64,000 nt of DNA from Felis catus. Taxonomy: Eukaryota. Location: assembly GCF_018350175.1 (NCBI RefSeq), contig NC_058368.1, positions 223,760,001 to 223,824,000 of the forward strand, written 5' to 3'. Below the pieces are notes generated by a model. It made no database searches, was not told where the DNA came from, and was given only the letters and a program-made list of their open reading frames with translations. This document shows positions 25,293 to 36,698 of the stretch, piece by piece (the first letter of the stretch is position 1; every line of letters begins with the position of its first letter). The position numbers were made by a program, and so were the translations under genes.

Positions 25293-25700
25293 ATCACATA
25301 CCATTCCAATGCATGGCCTCCTGATTCTGGACTTCCTATTATTATTCTGTATGCATCATACTGGTTCTTTGTCCCATATGCAAACTCTAGACAAGTTTGT
25401 CTGTCTCCTATCCATACCTCTCATAATACACATCACTTTCAACTAAAATAATTCTCCTCAACCTTCTTTCCACATAGCCTAATTGTGGTCATTCACATCT
25501 TCTCTCCCATGTATATATGCCTACAGTTAGCATTTATAACTTTCTATTGTAATTATACACAATAGTTCCTTCTATCTATCCTAGTTGATTTTAATCTTCT
25601 CTTGAGAAGAAACTGCAGTATTCCATCGTGTAACCTTAGCACCTAGCACAAAACCATGCGTTCACCGGACAAAGCATTTGTTTAATACATGAATGAATTT
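25291..25700 (+). mobile_element. L2 3' region
   Basis: Ends TAGCACCTAGCACA...GTTTAATACATGAATGAA. Confidence 0.6.
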
Positions 25701-25709
25701 GATTGAGAA

Positions 25710-25950
25710 GTATCTTGGTGTGGCAGAAAAAGCATCCATGTTTTGGTGTTAGATCATACTGGAATAAAGTTTCCACCCTATCAGGGATCAGTTCTGCTAC
25801 ATAGATAGCTTCTGACTTGCAAGTATTTCCTCATCTGCAAAACTGAATTAATAATGAGTGGAACATGGTAGGTTGTTGAAAATCAGGATGAAGTTATTTT
25901 AATGTAACAAATAATGCCTCGTGCATAAGGAAAATAAGTAAACATTATTT
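25710..25950 (+). mobile_element. MIR
   Basis: Core motif TTTCCTCATCTGCAAAACTGAATTAATAAT and MIR-like flanks. Confidence 0.7.
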
Positions 25951-26209
25951 TTCCTCTATTCCCATTACTAATGTAAACTTGGTCTACTAAAAAACAAACA
26001 AACAAAGAAACAAACAAGCGAACGAAAACTTTAAAGGGAGATTTGACCTCTCAAAAATGAGGGGATAGAATTAGGTAACCAGTATCTCCCTCCAGTTGCT
26101 TTCACTTGTGGTTTCGCAGTCACTCCTTTGGAATCTGATGAAGGGGCAGTTATAATTCCTCATTTAAACACTATTTATAAAATCAAGCAATTTTTAAGTT
26201 GGCAATCTT

Positions 26210-26438
26210 TTTTATTTATTTTATTTTTTTTAACGTTTATTTTTTATTTTTGAGACAGAGAGAGACAGAGCATGAATGGGGGAGGGGCAGAGAGAGAGGA
26301 AGACACAGAATCCGAAGCAGGCTCCAGGTTCTGAGCCATCAGCCCAGAGCCCGATGTGGGGCTCGAACTCACGGACCACGAGATCATGACCTGAGCTGAA
26401 GTCGGACGCTTAACCGACTGAGCCACCCAGGCGCCCCC
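26210..26438 (-). mobile_element. Can-SINE (SINEC_Fc-like, fairly young)
   Basis: Full element. TSD AAGTTGGCAATCTT / AAGTTGGCGATCTT. Confidence 0.96.
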
Positions 26439-27121
26439 TGAAGTTGGCGATCTTAAAAGATTAAAGATTAAAATGCCTTTAAACTAATGGATATTGAAAA
26501 CAAATCTTTAGGCTCTTTTGGTTTATATACTACTTCAAGATAATAAACCAATAATAATGTACAAAAGTAATAGTATGTGATATAATGAGATTGATTTTAT
26601 TGAGAAAAAAGTTAACTTTTCCATTGAGTTTGGTAAATATTGATCAACAATGTAAAATCTTTGCCACACTAACACTTTTGCAATACTTTTAAAGTCGGAG
26701 GCAATGCAGAACTTTGGTCTAGCGTATGATGTGGCTGTTTATAAATAATTTTCCTCACTGTTGGATGCCAATAGACTCAGGACCGCTCAGCCAAAAAATT
26801 ACTAAATTACTACCTTTTGTGATCATTTTTGTCATTTAGGTTTTTAGAGAAACTGCAACAAGTACAAATGTTATTTTGACAAAAATGTGTTTTTGGAAGA
26901 AGCCACCATCTTAGATTTGAAACACAGAGTTTCTAAAGTGATTCTTTAATTTTTGTTTAATTCCCAAAATAAATTATTATTACTATGGATGATTGAAAAT
27001 ATTCTCTAGGTTTCTTGGAAAAAAATGATTTCCAGATTTTTTTTGGAGAGCAATTTTGTTTTTCTATAATTTTACAGAAAGAAAATTCGCTCATAAAAAT
27101 ATATTTGCATGTTACATATAT

Positions 27122-27635
27122 AGCTACTATATGAATCAGCAATTCCACTCTTAGATATCTACTTAAAAGATATAAAAATGTATGTCGACATAAAAGTTGT
27201 ACAGTATGGTCCACTGCAGTATTATTCATAACTTTCAAGAAATAGAAACAACTCAAATATTCATCAACTGGTAATAGTATTTGCGATAAAAAGAAATGAA
27301 ATACTTATGATACTACAAAATTATGCTATGTGAAGGGAGCCAGTCACAAAAGATGACCTAAAATTCTGTTCATATGAAATTTCCAGATTTTGTTGATATA
27401 ACATCGACAAATCTATAGAAACAAAATGTAAAGACATAGTTGCTATGGATTGGAGATTAGAGAGGGGAGAGGGTAATGACTGACACCAGATATGAAATTT
27501 CTTTTTGGTGGGATGGAAATCTTCTAAATTAGATTGGGTTAATGGCTACAAAACTGTAAATATACTAAAAAGCATTGAATCCTTTACTTAAAACAGGTGA
27601 AATATATTATGCAAATTACATCTCAATAAAGCTGT
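27122..27635 (+). mobile_element. Ancient eutherian L1 3' end (L1MB/L1MC-like)
   Basis: CAGCAATTCCACTCTTAGATATCTAC, AAAAGAAATGAAATACT, ends GCAAATTACATCTCAATAAAGCTGT. Confidence 0.85.
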
Positions 27636-27688
27636 GGAGATGTAATTTGCATAATATATTTCACCTGTTTTAAGTATAGGATTCAATG
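27573..27688. repeat. Inverted repeat: 52-bp arms (1 mismatch), 12-bp spacer
   Basis: 27637-27688 is the reverse complement of 27573-27624. Confidence 0.97.
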
Positions 27689-27689
27689 G

Positions 27690-27801
27690 TTTATATATAA
27701 ATATATGTAAATAAATGTAAATAAATATAAATAAATATATATAAATATATATAAATATATATATATAAATATATATAAATATATATTTATATATATATAT
27801 A

Positions 27802-27832
<31 letters not shown>

Positions 27833-27864
27833 TTATATATATATATAAATATATATATTTTTTT
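27690..27864. repeat. AT-rich (TA/TAAA)n low-complexity tract
   Basis: Direct reading; almost no G or C. Confidence 0.95.
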
Positions 27865-28209
27865 CAAAGTTTAAAGGTGTTTGGTGTACTGAGTAGTAAA
27901 ATTGTTTTATATTTTAACCAAAGATATTGAAAAATTAGTATTAGCTTCAAAAGATAACAGTAAGTCATCTGCTTAGACATCTTTATTCTAAAATAGTCAA
28001 GGTCTAATATTTTTTATGGATTTCTCTTATGAATATTAAAACAACCCCTACAAAGAAAAACAAATAATGACTAATTTGAAAGATATAGAAGTTTAAAAGC
28101 TTTACATTTTACTTAAATCTTCCTGTTAAAATACCTGTTTTTTTAAAATATGTAACAAGGTTAATTCTAAGTAGACCCCAAAAGTTAATAGTCATCTTTT
28201 CACATGTAT

Positions 28210-29122
28210 CCAAGGAAGCTGATAGGAAAGGAATAACTTTCCACAGAACAGAGCCAAGGAGAACAATGCCCCAGGGAGTTCCTCCTAGGGTAAACAGGAA
28301 CTTCCTCAAGGGATATTCCACATCTCAATGGCTGGGGGGGGGGGGTTCACAACTTTTGTCTGGTCTTCAGAACTGCTGCTGACCAGTGAATTGTATGTGT
28401 CTGCTCTTCCCTCTTTTCCAGATGTGATCATTTATTGTCATTGTCTTATCACTGTGCCACCATTCTGTGGCTGTGTGTGTGTGTGTGTGTGATAAAGAAG
28501 CAGTATCACAGTATCTTATCCTTTCAGCTCACAGTTGTTGGATAAATTAAACTACATCCTGACCTGAGGCAGATCACCACCTCCAGTTTTTAAGTCTGAT
28601 TAGAATAACTGGAGGAACACTCGGAATCTCCCAGAGAGGGTAGGTTTAATTTCATTAGGAGAAAGCAAATGTGTTTGGCCAACGGGGTAGAATTATGGTA
28701 GAATGTATTAACTGTTCGTTTCGTTCTTCTCTCCCAACCCATGCCATGCTTCCTGGGAGACTGAGTACACTTTACTGACTTGTGCTTAACCACACATTGT
28801 GTGACCAATAGCATGCAGGCAGACATAATTGTTTCCACATCTGTGCAGATGCATCAATGAACTTGTAAGGTTCGGTTGTGTTTCATTTTGTTCTTGCACT
28901 AGACCAATAGAATGGCATATCCCAGATGTGTACAGCCCTTGGCCTGGGTTCAAGCATAAGGCCTCTCGAGAAAAGAAAATTGCAGAGAAGTCAGGGCCCA
29001 TCTTCAATCTCAAAGAAAACAAAACAAAACGAACCAAAACAAAACAAAACAAAACACAAAGAAATTGTGATTCTGTAACTGTGATTTGGAGGTTGTTACT
29101 TCAATAAGAAATGATTATAACA
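28210..29122 (+). mobile_element. MaLR internal 3' remnant plus MLT1J-like LTR (LTR 28694-29122)
   Basis: Purine tract GGGGTAGAA precedes TATGGTAGAATG. LTR motifs TGACCAATAGCATGCAGGCAGA and GATTTGGAGGTTGTTAC. Confidence 0.6.
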
Positions 29123-29250
29123 GACAAATCATCCAAATAACCACTGAAGCACAAATGCAAGACAGTGTGTGTTGTTCACGTGGAGACAAAGTCAGTTTTC
29201 AAAACCTAAGGAAGTGAGTAGTAATGACCAAGGGATTGTAAAGCTTGCCC

Positions 29251-29308
29251 AAGAAGAGTACTTGATTTTTGTTTTATAAAAGAAGAGTACTTGATTTTTG
29301 TTTTATAA
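29251..29308. repeat. Perfect 29-bp tandem duplication
   Basis: AAGAAGAGTACTTGATTTTTGTTTTATAA x2. Confidence 0.97.
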
Positions 29309-31104
29309 CCGGATGCCATAAACAAAAGGAAAAAAAAAAAAGGAGGGAAAGTGAGAGCAAGTTAGCAAGTGAGAGAGAGAGAGAGTGCTTTGGGTTTTGA
29401 AAGAGGCTAATAGAATGCTATTAAAACTCACTGTGACTTGTGTTGGGTGAGGGTGTGGCTAGCCTCCCAATTTAAGATTACAACAGACCATGCAGTTTTC
29501 ATGGGTGAGAGTGGAATTTCTGTGGTTTCTTTATGAATCCCTGTTCATATTAGCCTTTAGGTTTATACAGAGAACAGCACTCACACTTCAGAGAGCAGGT
29601 TCCTGACTCTGGATCTTGGGGTCTTTGAAAAATTTACCTTCCAACTATTTTATGAAAATTTGAAAGTATTATTTTGCTGAAATGCATGATCATCCATTAC
29701 CTAAGATTATGCCTAAACTGGCTCTTGTTTAAACTGTGTTTCTAGGCACCCACCTCTCCTTTGCTCTACAGGGGACACTAAGGTGACCAGTCTTTTACTC
29801 CCCACTGATGTATTAGCATCATTAAAGTGAAACGTGTTTTGTCTGAAGAGAGGGAGAGATGCATCCCTCTTGCTTGAGTGACCCACTGTTTCAAGGCATT
29901 GTGCCTCCATTTCAGAAATCATTGACAAAATACTTTAAACATACATATGAATATATAAACACACATATATCATATATAAATATATGAACATATATATACA
30001 TATATATATGTATGTATGCTTGTGTATATGTGCGTGGGATATATATATGTAGATACACACACACGCACATTTTTTTTTTTAGTTGGTAACTCATTCTATG
30101 TGAAAACCTGTAGAGAGCTCAGCCAGAGACTAGTCACAATAAGTTAAATTTTCACCAGAGTCCTTTCTCTTGAAAGTTCAGGAGAATTTTTTACTGGACC
30201 AAGGTTAACCCATAGATTCTTTAGAGAGCAAACTTCCTTTTCCAAGTTAATTGGTTATCATAACCCGGGAGTCCTATGTGCCACTGTCTCAGACATTTCA
30301 GCCATTAGTAATTTTGGTGTAAGAATGATTGCCCACAAAAATATATTTTAAATTCAAAAAGGTGAACAATGGATAAATTGTTATAAAAAGAAAAAGTGAC
30401 TGGGTAGGAACCAGCAGTGGAGGAATGTCGATGGGGAGACATAATTTGGTTGTATGGGAAAAAAAAATAAGGTATATTTGGGTGAATGGGTTAAACAGAC
30501 CATCGTGTTGGAAGACAAGCTCTCTTATGGGGTTAAAACCACAAGAACAACAAACCACAGTGCACTCAGCACCCAAACTGAATGCAGTCGACAAGCTGAG
30601 TGGTGTTCATGAAATTGAGCTTTCTTCAGATAACCAACAGTTAGAGTTGGCTGTAGCCACCAAAATGACCTCGTAGGAAACAAAATATGTCACAGTTCCT
30701 GCCAGAGATGATGCCAACATGTCTCCAGCTAAAACTGAAATGATTTGGTCTTGAATGGACCCAGTAAGCTGTCTGTGATTATGTAGTCATAAACGTTAGC
30801 AATGTGATAGAAACAAATTTCCTTAGTCTATACTGATGGGATTGTAGGCCATACAGCACACTCAATTTTTAAAAATATTTTACTAATTGATTCCAGCCAA
30901 CTCAAATGTTTATATATACTTTCCTCTCTCTATCTGATTGGAGATACCTTGAGTTTCTCAGGCTCCCATGGGACAGTATCCTTGTTGTCATTCCTGGAGC
31001 CATTCCATTTAATTCAATAGAATTTCTAAGTACATTATTCTAAGTATATACTTTAACAGAGGATATGATGACCACATCATATCCTTTTTAAATTATTTTT
31101 AAAG

Positions 31105-31324
31105 TTTTTTTTTCTTTTTTCTTTCTTTTTTTTTTTTTTTTTTTTTCTGAGAAAGAGGCCAAGTGGGGACGGGGCAGAGAGAGAGGAAGAGAGAGAATCC
31201 CAAGCAGGCTCTGTGCTGACAGTGAAGAGCCTGATGTGGGGCTTGATCCTGTGAACCTTGATATTATAATATGAGATGAAATCAAGAGTTGGATGCTTAA
31301 CTGACATAGCCACCCAGGTGCTCC
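31105..31324 (-). mobile_element. Can-SINE
   Basis: Poly-T, body, ...GCCACCCAGGTGCTCC. Confidence 0.92.
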
Positions 31325-31774
31325 TTTAATTTACTTTTTAAAATGCTTCTATAGATTCTTTTGCTAAGATTGAGAAGGAATCATTTCTTCAAATCCTTAG
31401 GGTCCTGATATTCTACATAGTCTCATTTTCTTTTTTTTTTTTTTTTAATTCTGATTGCAAGTAGTCTTTTTTTTTCCCCTAAGCCAATCTGTTTTTTGCA
31501 GTAGTTATCCAATGCAGCTAATAGTAAACAATTCATGCAACCAATATTCTCTCTTGGGTAAAACTTCATTTCCCAAAGTAACAAATCTACTTGACAATTT
31601 TTCTGTCTTGCAAGTTATTATAAGTGATAGTCGCACCCAGTTTTTCTCTTATGCATAATGTAGTTGTAAACTTCAATAGCATTTTCCTCATGAGTTGGTA
31701 TCTAGAACAAAAGCTTATGTCATGTATTTTAGTGTTTGCTGTGGCAGCTTGCTGCTGTTGTACACATTTTCTTT

Positions 31775-32160
31775 TAGTCAGCTCTTGCTTTAGAAACAAA
31801 CAACACTAATATTTTAAGACTTAAACAGACAAACATGTTTTTATTTTTTACATTAACTGATTGCTGCAGATGAGATATTCCTTGGCTGGCTTCTGCTGGC
31901 AGTGCGTGGTTTAACCAGCTTTCTCATTCCAGAATACTTGCTGAAAGGAGAAATCCTCATTTAGGACATGTTATATACATGGCAGAGAGCAGATTTTCAA
32001 GAGGTAATAGCAGAGAACGTGTAAATGCATGAATATCGTATTTTTCATCTGACTACATTCTGCTGGCCAGTGAAGTCTTGTGCTTAAAGTCAATTGGCAA
32101 TAATACTTTACTTACAGGGAAACATGGCATAACGTAGAGAAAAAAATGATTGTGAAGCAC
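31775..32160 (-). mobile_element. Old MaLR LTR (MLT1J/K-like)
   Basis: TAGTCAGCTC...GACTTAAACAGACAAACATG...ACATTCTGCTGGCCAG. Confidence 0.45.
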
Positions 32161-32164
32161 CATT

Positions 32165-32840
32165 TCTTATGGGTTAAATTGTCTTCCCCCCAAACTCGTA
32201 TGTTGAAATCCTAATCCCCAGTACCTCAAAATGGGATGATATATGGAGATCGAGCCCTTAAAGAAAAAATAACATTAAAATGAGATCATCAGGGTGGACC
32301 CTAATCCAATATAACTGGTATCCTGATAAGCAGAGTGAATTTCAACACAGACATGCAAAAAGGGAGAAAGCCATGTTTCAGTCTGCTCAAATTGCCATGA
32401 CAAAATGCCACAGACCAATGGCTTAAAAAACAGAAATTTGTTCTGTTACTGCCCTGGAATCTGGGAGACCCAGATCTAGGCGCCAGCAGACTCAGTCTCT
32501 TTCTGGCTTGCAGTCAGCTGGCCTGGTGCTGCGTCCTCACATGTCCCTTCTTCTTCTCACCAACCCTACCCTGTGACCTCATTTAACCTTACAATTATAT
32601 CCATTAAGGTCCTACCTCTAATTCCTGTCACATACTGTCAGCATGAATGGGGTTAAGAGACACAACTCAATCTAAACCATGCTGCATGAAGATGCAGATG
32701 GAAGACAGACGTCCACAAGCCAAAGAGAGAGGCCTGTGACAGATGTGCACCATGTCCTTCATCTCAGAGTTCTCGCCTCCAAAACTGTGAGGAGAAACTT
32801 CTCTGGTACTTAGTTATGGAAGCCCTCCCAAACTCATACA
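32165..32840 (+). mobile_element. MLT1B-like MaLR LTR, interrupted
   Basis: TTATGGGTTAAATTGTCTTCCCCCCAAA...GGGTGGACCCTAATCCAATATAACTGG. Resumes about 32680 and ends AAACTCATACA. Confidence 0.85.
32374..32679 (-). mobile_element. MLT1A/B-like MaLR LTR nested in opposite orientation
   Basis: TGTTTCAGTCTGCTC...CAAAATGCCACAGAC...GGCTTAAAAAACAGAAATTT...TGACCTCATTTAACCTT. Confidence 0.8.
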
Positions 32841-34153
32841 CCACCCAAAGCTACCTCATTCTCTCCTGCTTCAGTCCTAGTTCCAGAGCCACTGCTCCCC
32901 TATGCAAAGCTAGGATATTGTCACTGAAGGACCCAGCTCAAATCGGAAATACCGAATTTCTATATACAGCCTCTAACAATACATTTATGTTCCTCCAGCT
33001 CAGTTTCTCCATTACTTCCATCACACTGCACCTGCTTTATAATCTTTCAAGACCTCCAGAATGTTGATTATTTCATACTATATGTAAAACACTGGATGTT
33101 CATCTATTAATTTTCTTTCCTAATTAATCAAATTTCTTTAGTGCAACATGAAACTCAACTCGAGGAAACATATGGTTCCTTTCTGTATTACCCTTCTGAT
33201 GCACTTTAGTGTTCTTAATAGGACCAATATGGCTTCATTCCAGTGATTAAATATCTGTGAGACTGGAATTCTATTTAAATCGCTTTAAATGAAAGTGGAT
33301 GATTAAAAGAAATCTTACAGCATGTGAGAAGTAGAGTACCACCTTCCTCAGACTGAAATGGAGATAGAACCACCTAAACTGGAGTTGTTATATGTTTCCC
33401 ATTAACACATATTTTCCTCCTCTCATTATTTGTTTTCTCTTAGCCTTATTCTATCAGTCAATCAAGGAGGCTATAACACTGAGGTAGGTCTAATGCTGAG
33501 ATGGGCTACAAAAGCAAACCAAAATCAAAGCCTATAAGAACATCAAGGTTAGAAAACTTTGGAACTGATCACAAACAACCAACTAGACTTTGAGCTATGG
33601 CCACTGAAGTGTTTTCTCACTTTGTTTTCATCTTTTCTCCGTTGTCTTCCTCACGTCCTATCAACGGAGCCTCTCCAATCCCTTGCAGTTTGGTACTACC
33701 CTAGTCACACGGATTTTTGCTCAAAGTTAATATGTCTCAGTTTATCTTTTAAAACCCCATATTAGCCTATAAAATTCAAATATTAGATTGATCAAGACAG
33801 GGTTTTGTCAGTTCCCTTATTGTTGTTTTCCTGTTTCTAGAACTCCAGGAGGAATTTGTAGGTGCTAAAGATAAGAAGAATACAGACATAGCCCCAGGTA
33901 TGGCCCATGACAAATGTAACTAAAAACTTCCAGTTGAAAGGAAAAAATCAGAGCTATTGGCCGAAATCAGAGAGCCTAAGGCCATCTTTCTGGCTGACCT
34001 ATCAGGCAATAGCTTTTTCTTTGTTTTCACTCTTTCTATTGTTCCTTGCTCTGGCCTTGAAGTTAAAAGCTAAATGGGGAGTAGAAACATGAAGGTGCAG
34101 AGAGGAAGATATTTACTCTCTTCTCTCCAGTGCAAGGGGCCAAATGTATAGAG

Positions 34154-34711
34154 TTGGGGAAATACAAATTAAAATAAAATCTCTCAAACCCAGAAAGCTT
34201 CCTCAGAAAATAGGAGAAACAAATGGTTTTATTACTGAATAATGTTTATACTGGAATATGATGTGTATCAGAGGCAATTTACCAAAAGATTACAAAGATC
34301 AAATAAAATTATACCCATTATTTATCCAAGCAGATACAACACATTACATATGTGTTATAAGGACTTGATGCACATAAATCGTTAAATACATCTTTAAATC
34401 CTTAAATAAATTTTGTCACACATAAATAATCATAAATTCACATGTTAATTGGAGTGATCTACTGTTAGCTATTTGGTTTTATACAAAGGAAAAACAAACT
34501 TCTCATATTTTTATGACAGGAAATATGTTTGCAATCTGGAGTAAGGGCCTATGGAAGTTAGGCTCCTACTCTCCCACAGAAGCTGGGAAATAGGGAAACT
34601 ATCTTCCTGAAAATGACTTTCATAGAAATGGCTCCCAGGTCATTTCAAAGACATTCCTGGGTCCTAAAGCTGGCAAGAGGCTTACTTAGCTTTTAAAAAG
34701 ACTTACATATC
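34154..34711 (-). mobile_element. MER34-like ERV1 LTR, 3' part
   Basis: GTTAGGCTCCTACTCTCCCACAGAAGCTGGG (reverse of the motif near 10980); TTGGGGAAATACAAATTAAAATAAAATCTC. Confidence 0.7.
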
Positions 34712-34944
34712 TCCCAATACTTTATTTTTGCTTCTGTTACCCTTGCCTTAGGAGATGTATCTAGTAAGAAGCTGCTACAGCTGAGGTCAAAGAGGTTACT
34801 GCCTGTGTTCTCTTCTAGGATTTTGATGGTTTCCTGTCTCACATTTAGGTCTTTCATCCATTTAGAATTTATTTTTGTGTATGGTGTAAGAAAGTGGTCC
34901 AGTTTCATTCTTCTGCATGTTGCTGTCCAGATTTCCCAACACCA
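34712..34944 (-). mobile_element. Carnivore L1 ORF2 fragment (inverted part)
   Basis: Minus [45 protein letters not shown]. Confidence 0.93.
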
Positions 34945-34948
34945 ACAC

Positions 34949-35642
34949 TAGCAACTTTTTACTAGATATGTCTCTTAAAGCAAGGGAAACAAAAGCAAAA
35001 ATCAACTGTTGGGACTTCACCAAAATAAAAAGCTTCTGCACAGCAAAGGAAACACTCAAACTGAAGGGCAACTTACAGAACGGGAGAAGATATTAGCAAA
35101 TTACATATCTGATAAAGAGTTAGAATCCAAAATATATAAAGAACTTTATAACTCAACACCCAAAACACAAATAATACAGTTAAAAAATGGTCAGAAGACA
35201 TGAATAGAAGTTTCTCTGAAGAAGACATAAAGTTGGCAAATAGACACATGAAAAGATGCTCAACATCACTCATCACCAAGAAAAATGCAAATCGAAACTA
35301 CACTGAGATATCACCTCATACCTGTCAGCATGGCTAAAATTAACAACCCAAGAAACAACAGGTGTTGGTGAGTACCTAGAGAAAGGGGAGCCCTTTTGCA
35401 CTGTTGGTGGGAATGCAAATTGGACATTCTGGAAAACAATATGGAGGTTCCCCACAAGTTAAAAATAGAACTATCTTACAATCCAGCAATTGCACTATCA
35501 AGTATTTACCCAAAGGATACAAAAATACTCATTTAAAGGGATACATGTACCCCAATGTTTATAGAAGTATTATCAACAATAGACAAATTATGGCAACATC
35601 CCAAGTGCCATTGACTGATGAATGGATAAGATGAATGGATAA

Positions 35643-35645
<3 letters not shown>
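34949..35645 (+). mobile_element. Carnivore L1 ORF2 3' fragment (forward part), lacking 3'UTR
   Basis: AAAATAAAAAGCTTCTGCACAGCAAAGGAAAC...AGATGCTCAACATCACTCATC...GATGAATGGATAAG. Confidence 0.93.
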
Positions 35646-35686
<41 letters not shown>

Positions 35687-35695
35687 TTCTTCCTT

Positions 35696-35733
<38 letters not shown>
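35645..35733. repeat. Two (TA)n tracts
   Basis: Direct reading. Confidence 0.95.
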
Positions 35734-35737
<4 letters not shown>

Positions 35738-35874
35738 CTAGCTCGGTTTTATTTTAAAATATTCATTTACCATCTTAGAAAAGAGACACAGACTCACTTC
35801 ACCAGAACATGGGTCACAGTTGCCATTTTTATCACAAGTCAACTCCCACATCCAATCTCAAAAATACAATTCTT

Positions 35875-36063
35875 TCTTTTAAGTTTATTTATTTATTTGG
35901 AGAGAGAGAAAGTGAGTGCGAGGGAGGGGCAGAGAGAGTGGGAGAGAGAGAGAATCCCAAGCAGGCTCCTCACCTGATGCAGGGCTCGAACTCACAGTGA
36001 GATCATGACCTGAGCTGAAATCAAGAGTCAGATCCTTAACTGACTGAGCCACCCAGGCACCCC
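35875..36063 (-). mobile_element. Can-SINE
   Basis: TSD CTCAAAAATACAATTCTT / CTCAAAAATGCAATTCTT. Confidence 0.94.
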
Positions 36064-36419
36064 TCAAAAATGCAATTCTTATATGCTATTTCTACATGCA
36101 GTTTCCTGATTTTGCTAGTCCCCCAAATCCTTGGTGTTTTGCACTCCAACTGTTTCTGTAACAATGATAATTCCACATGAAACAGGTACCTCAAGAAGAA
36201 AACAACACCTCTGAACACAATCTGCTTTAATTACTAGAATATTGTCTCTTCTACCAAGAACAATTTTATTTGCATGAGCAGGTCTTGGAATTGTAGGGAT
36301 GATAGCAGTCACCTAATTCCACCTCTTCGACACTTCAGTTCCTCTCTGGCTTCTGGCTGTTCCCGAAGCAGGAAAAATCTCTAAGCCTCCAAGTCTCCTT
36401 TCCATAGAGACTGCTTTGG

Positions 36420-36698
36420 GTTTCAATACAGAGATGATTGCTTTGGGAAGTTTTCCCTGACTCCTCAAGGCTAATCTATGAGCCCCTCATGAGTGCTGTC
36501 TGCTTTATTTCTTCAGTAAGAAATATGGTCTTTAGAACTCTTTCTTACAGTGTTGCCTGCTAAACCGATTTCAGGTTCTATGCATAAGGACTTATCTTGT
36601 TCTTGATCTTGATCTTGTTCTTTGTTATAATCTGCCTCAAGTACAGTGTCTCTCATATACTAGATGACTAATAAATATTTTGACTCAGTGAATGAATA
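36420..36698 (+). mobile_element. L2 3' end remnant
   Basis: GTACAGTGTCT...AATAAATATTTTGACTCAGTGAATGAATA. Confidence 0.55.

Noticed and set aside
29251..29308. CRISPR-like 29-bp direct repeat
   Set aside because: Only two adjacent copies, no spacers, mammalian context.
30630..30763. Possible coding exon (TTTCTTCAG| ... |GTAAGC) overlapping ORF 30425-30676
   Set aside because: Stops occur in all three frames, the pyrimidine tract is short, and the peptide is unrecognisable.
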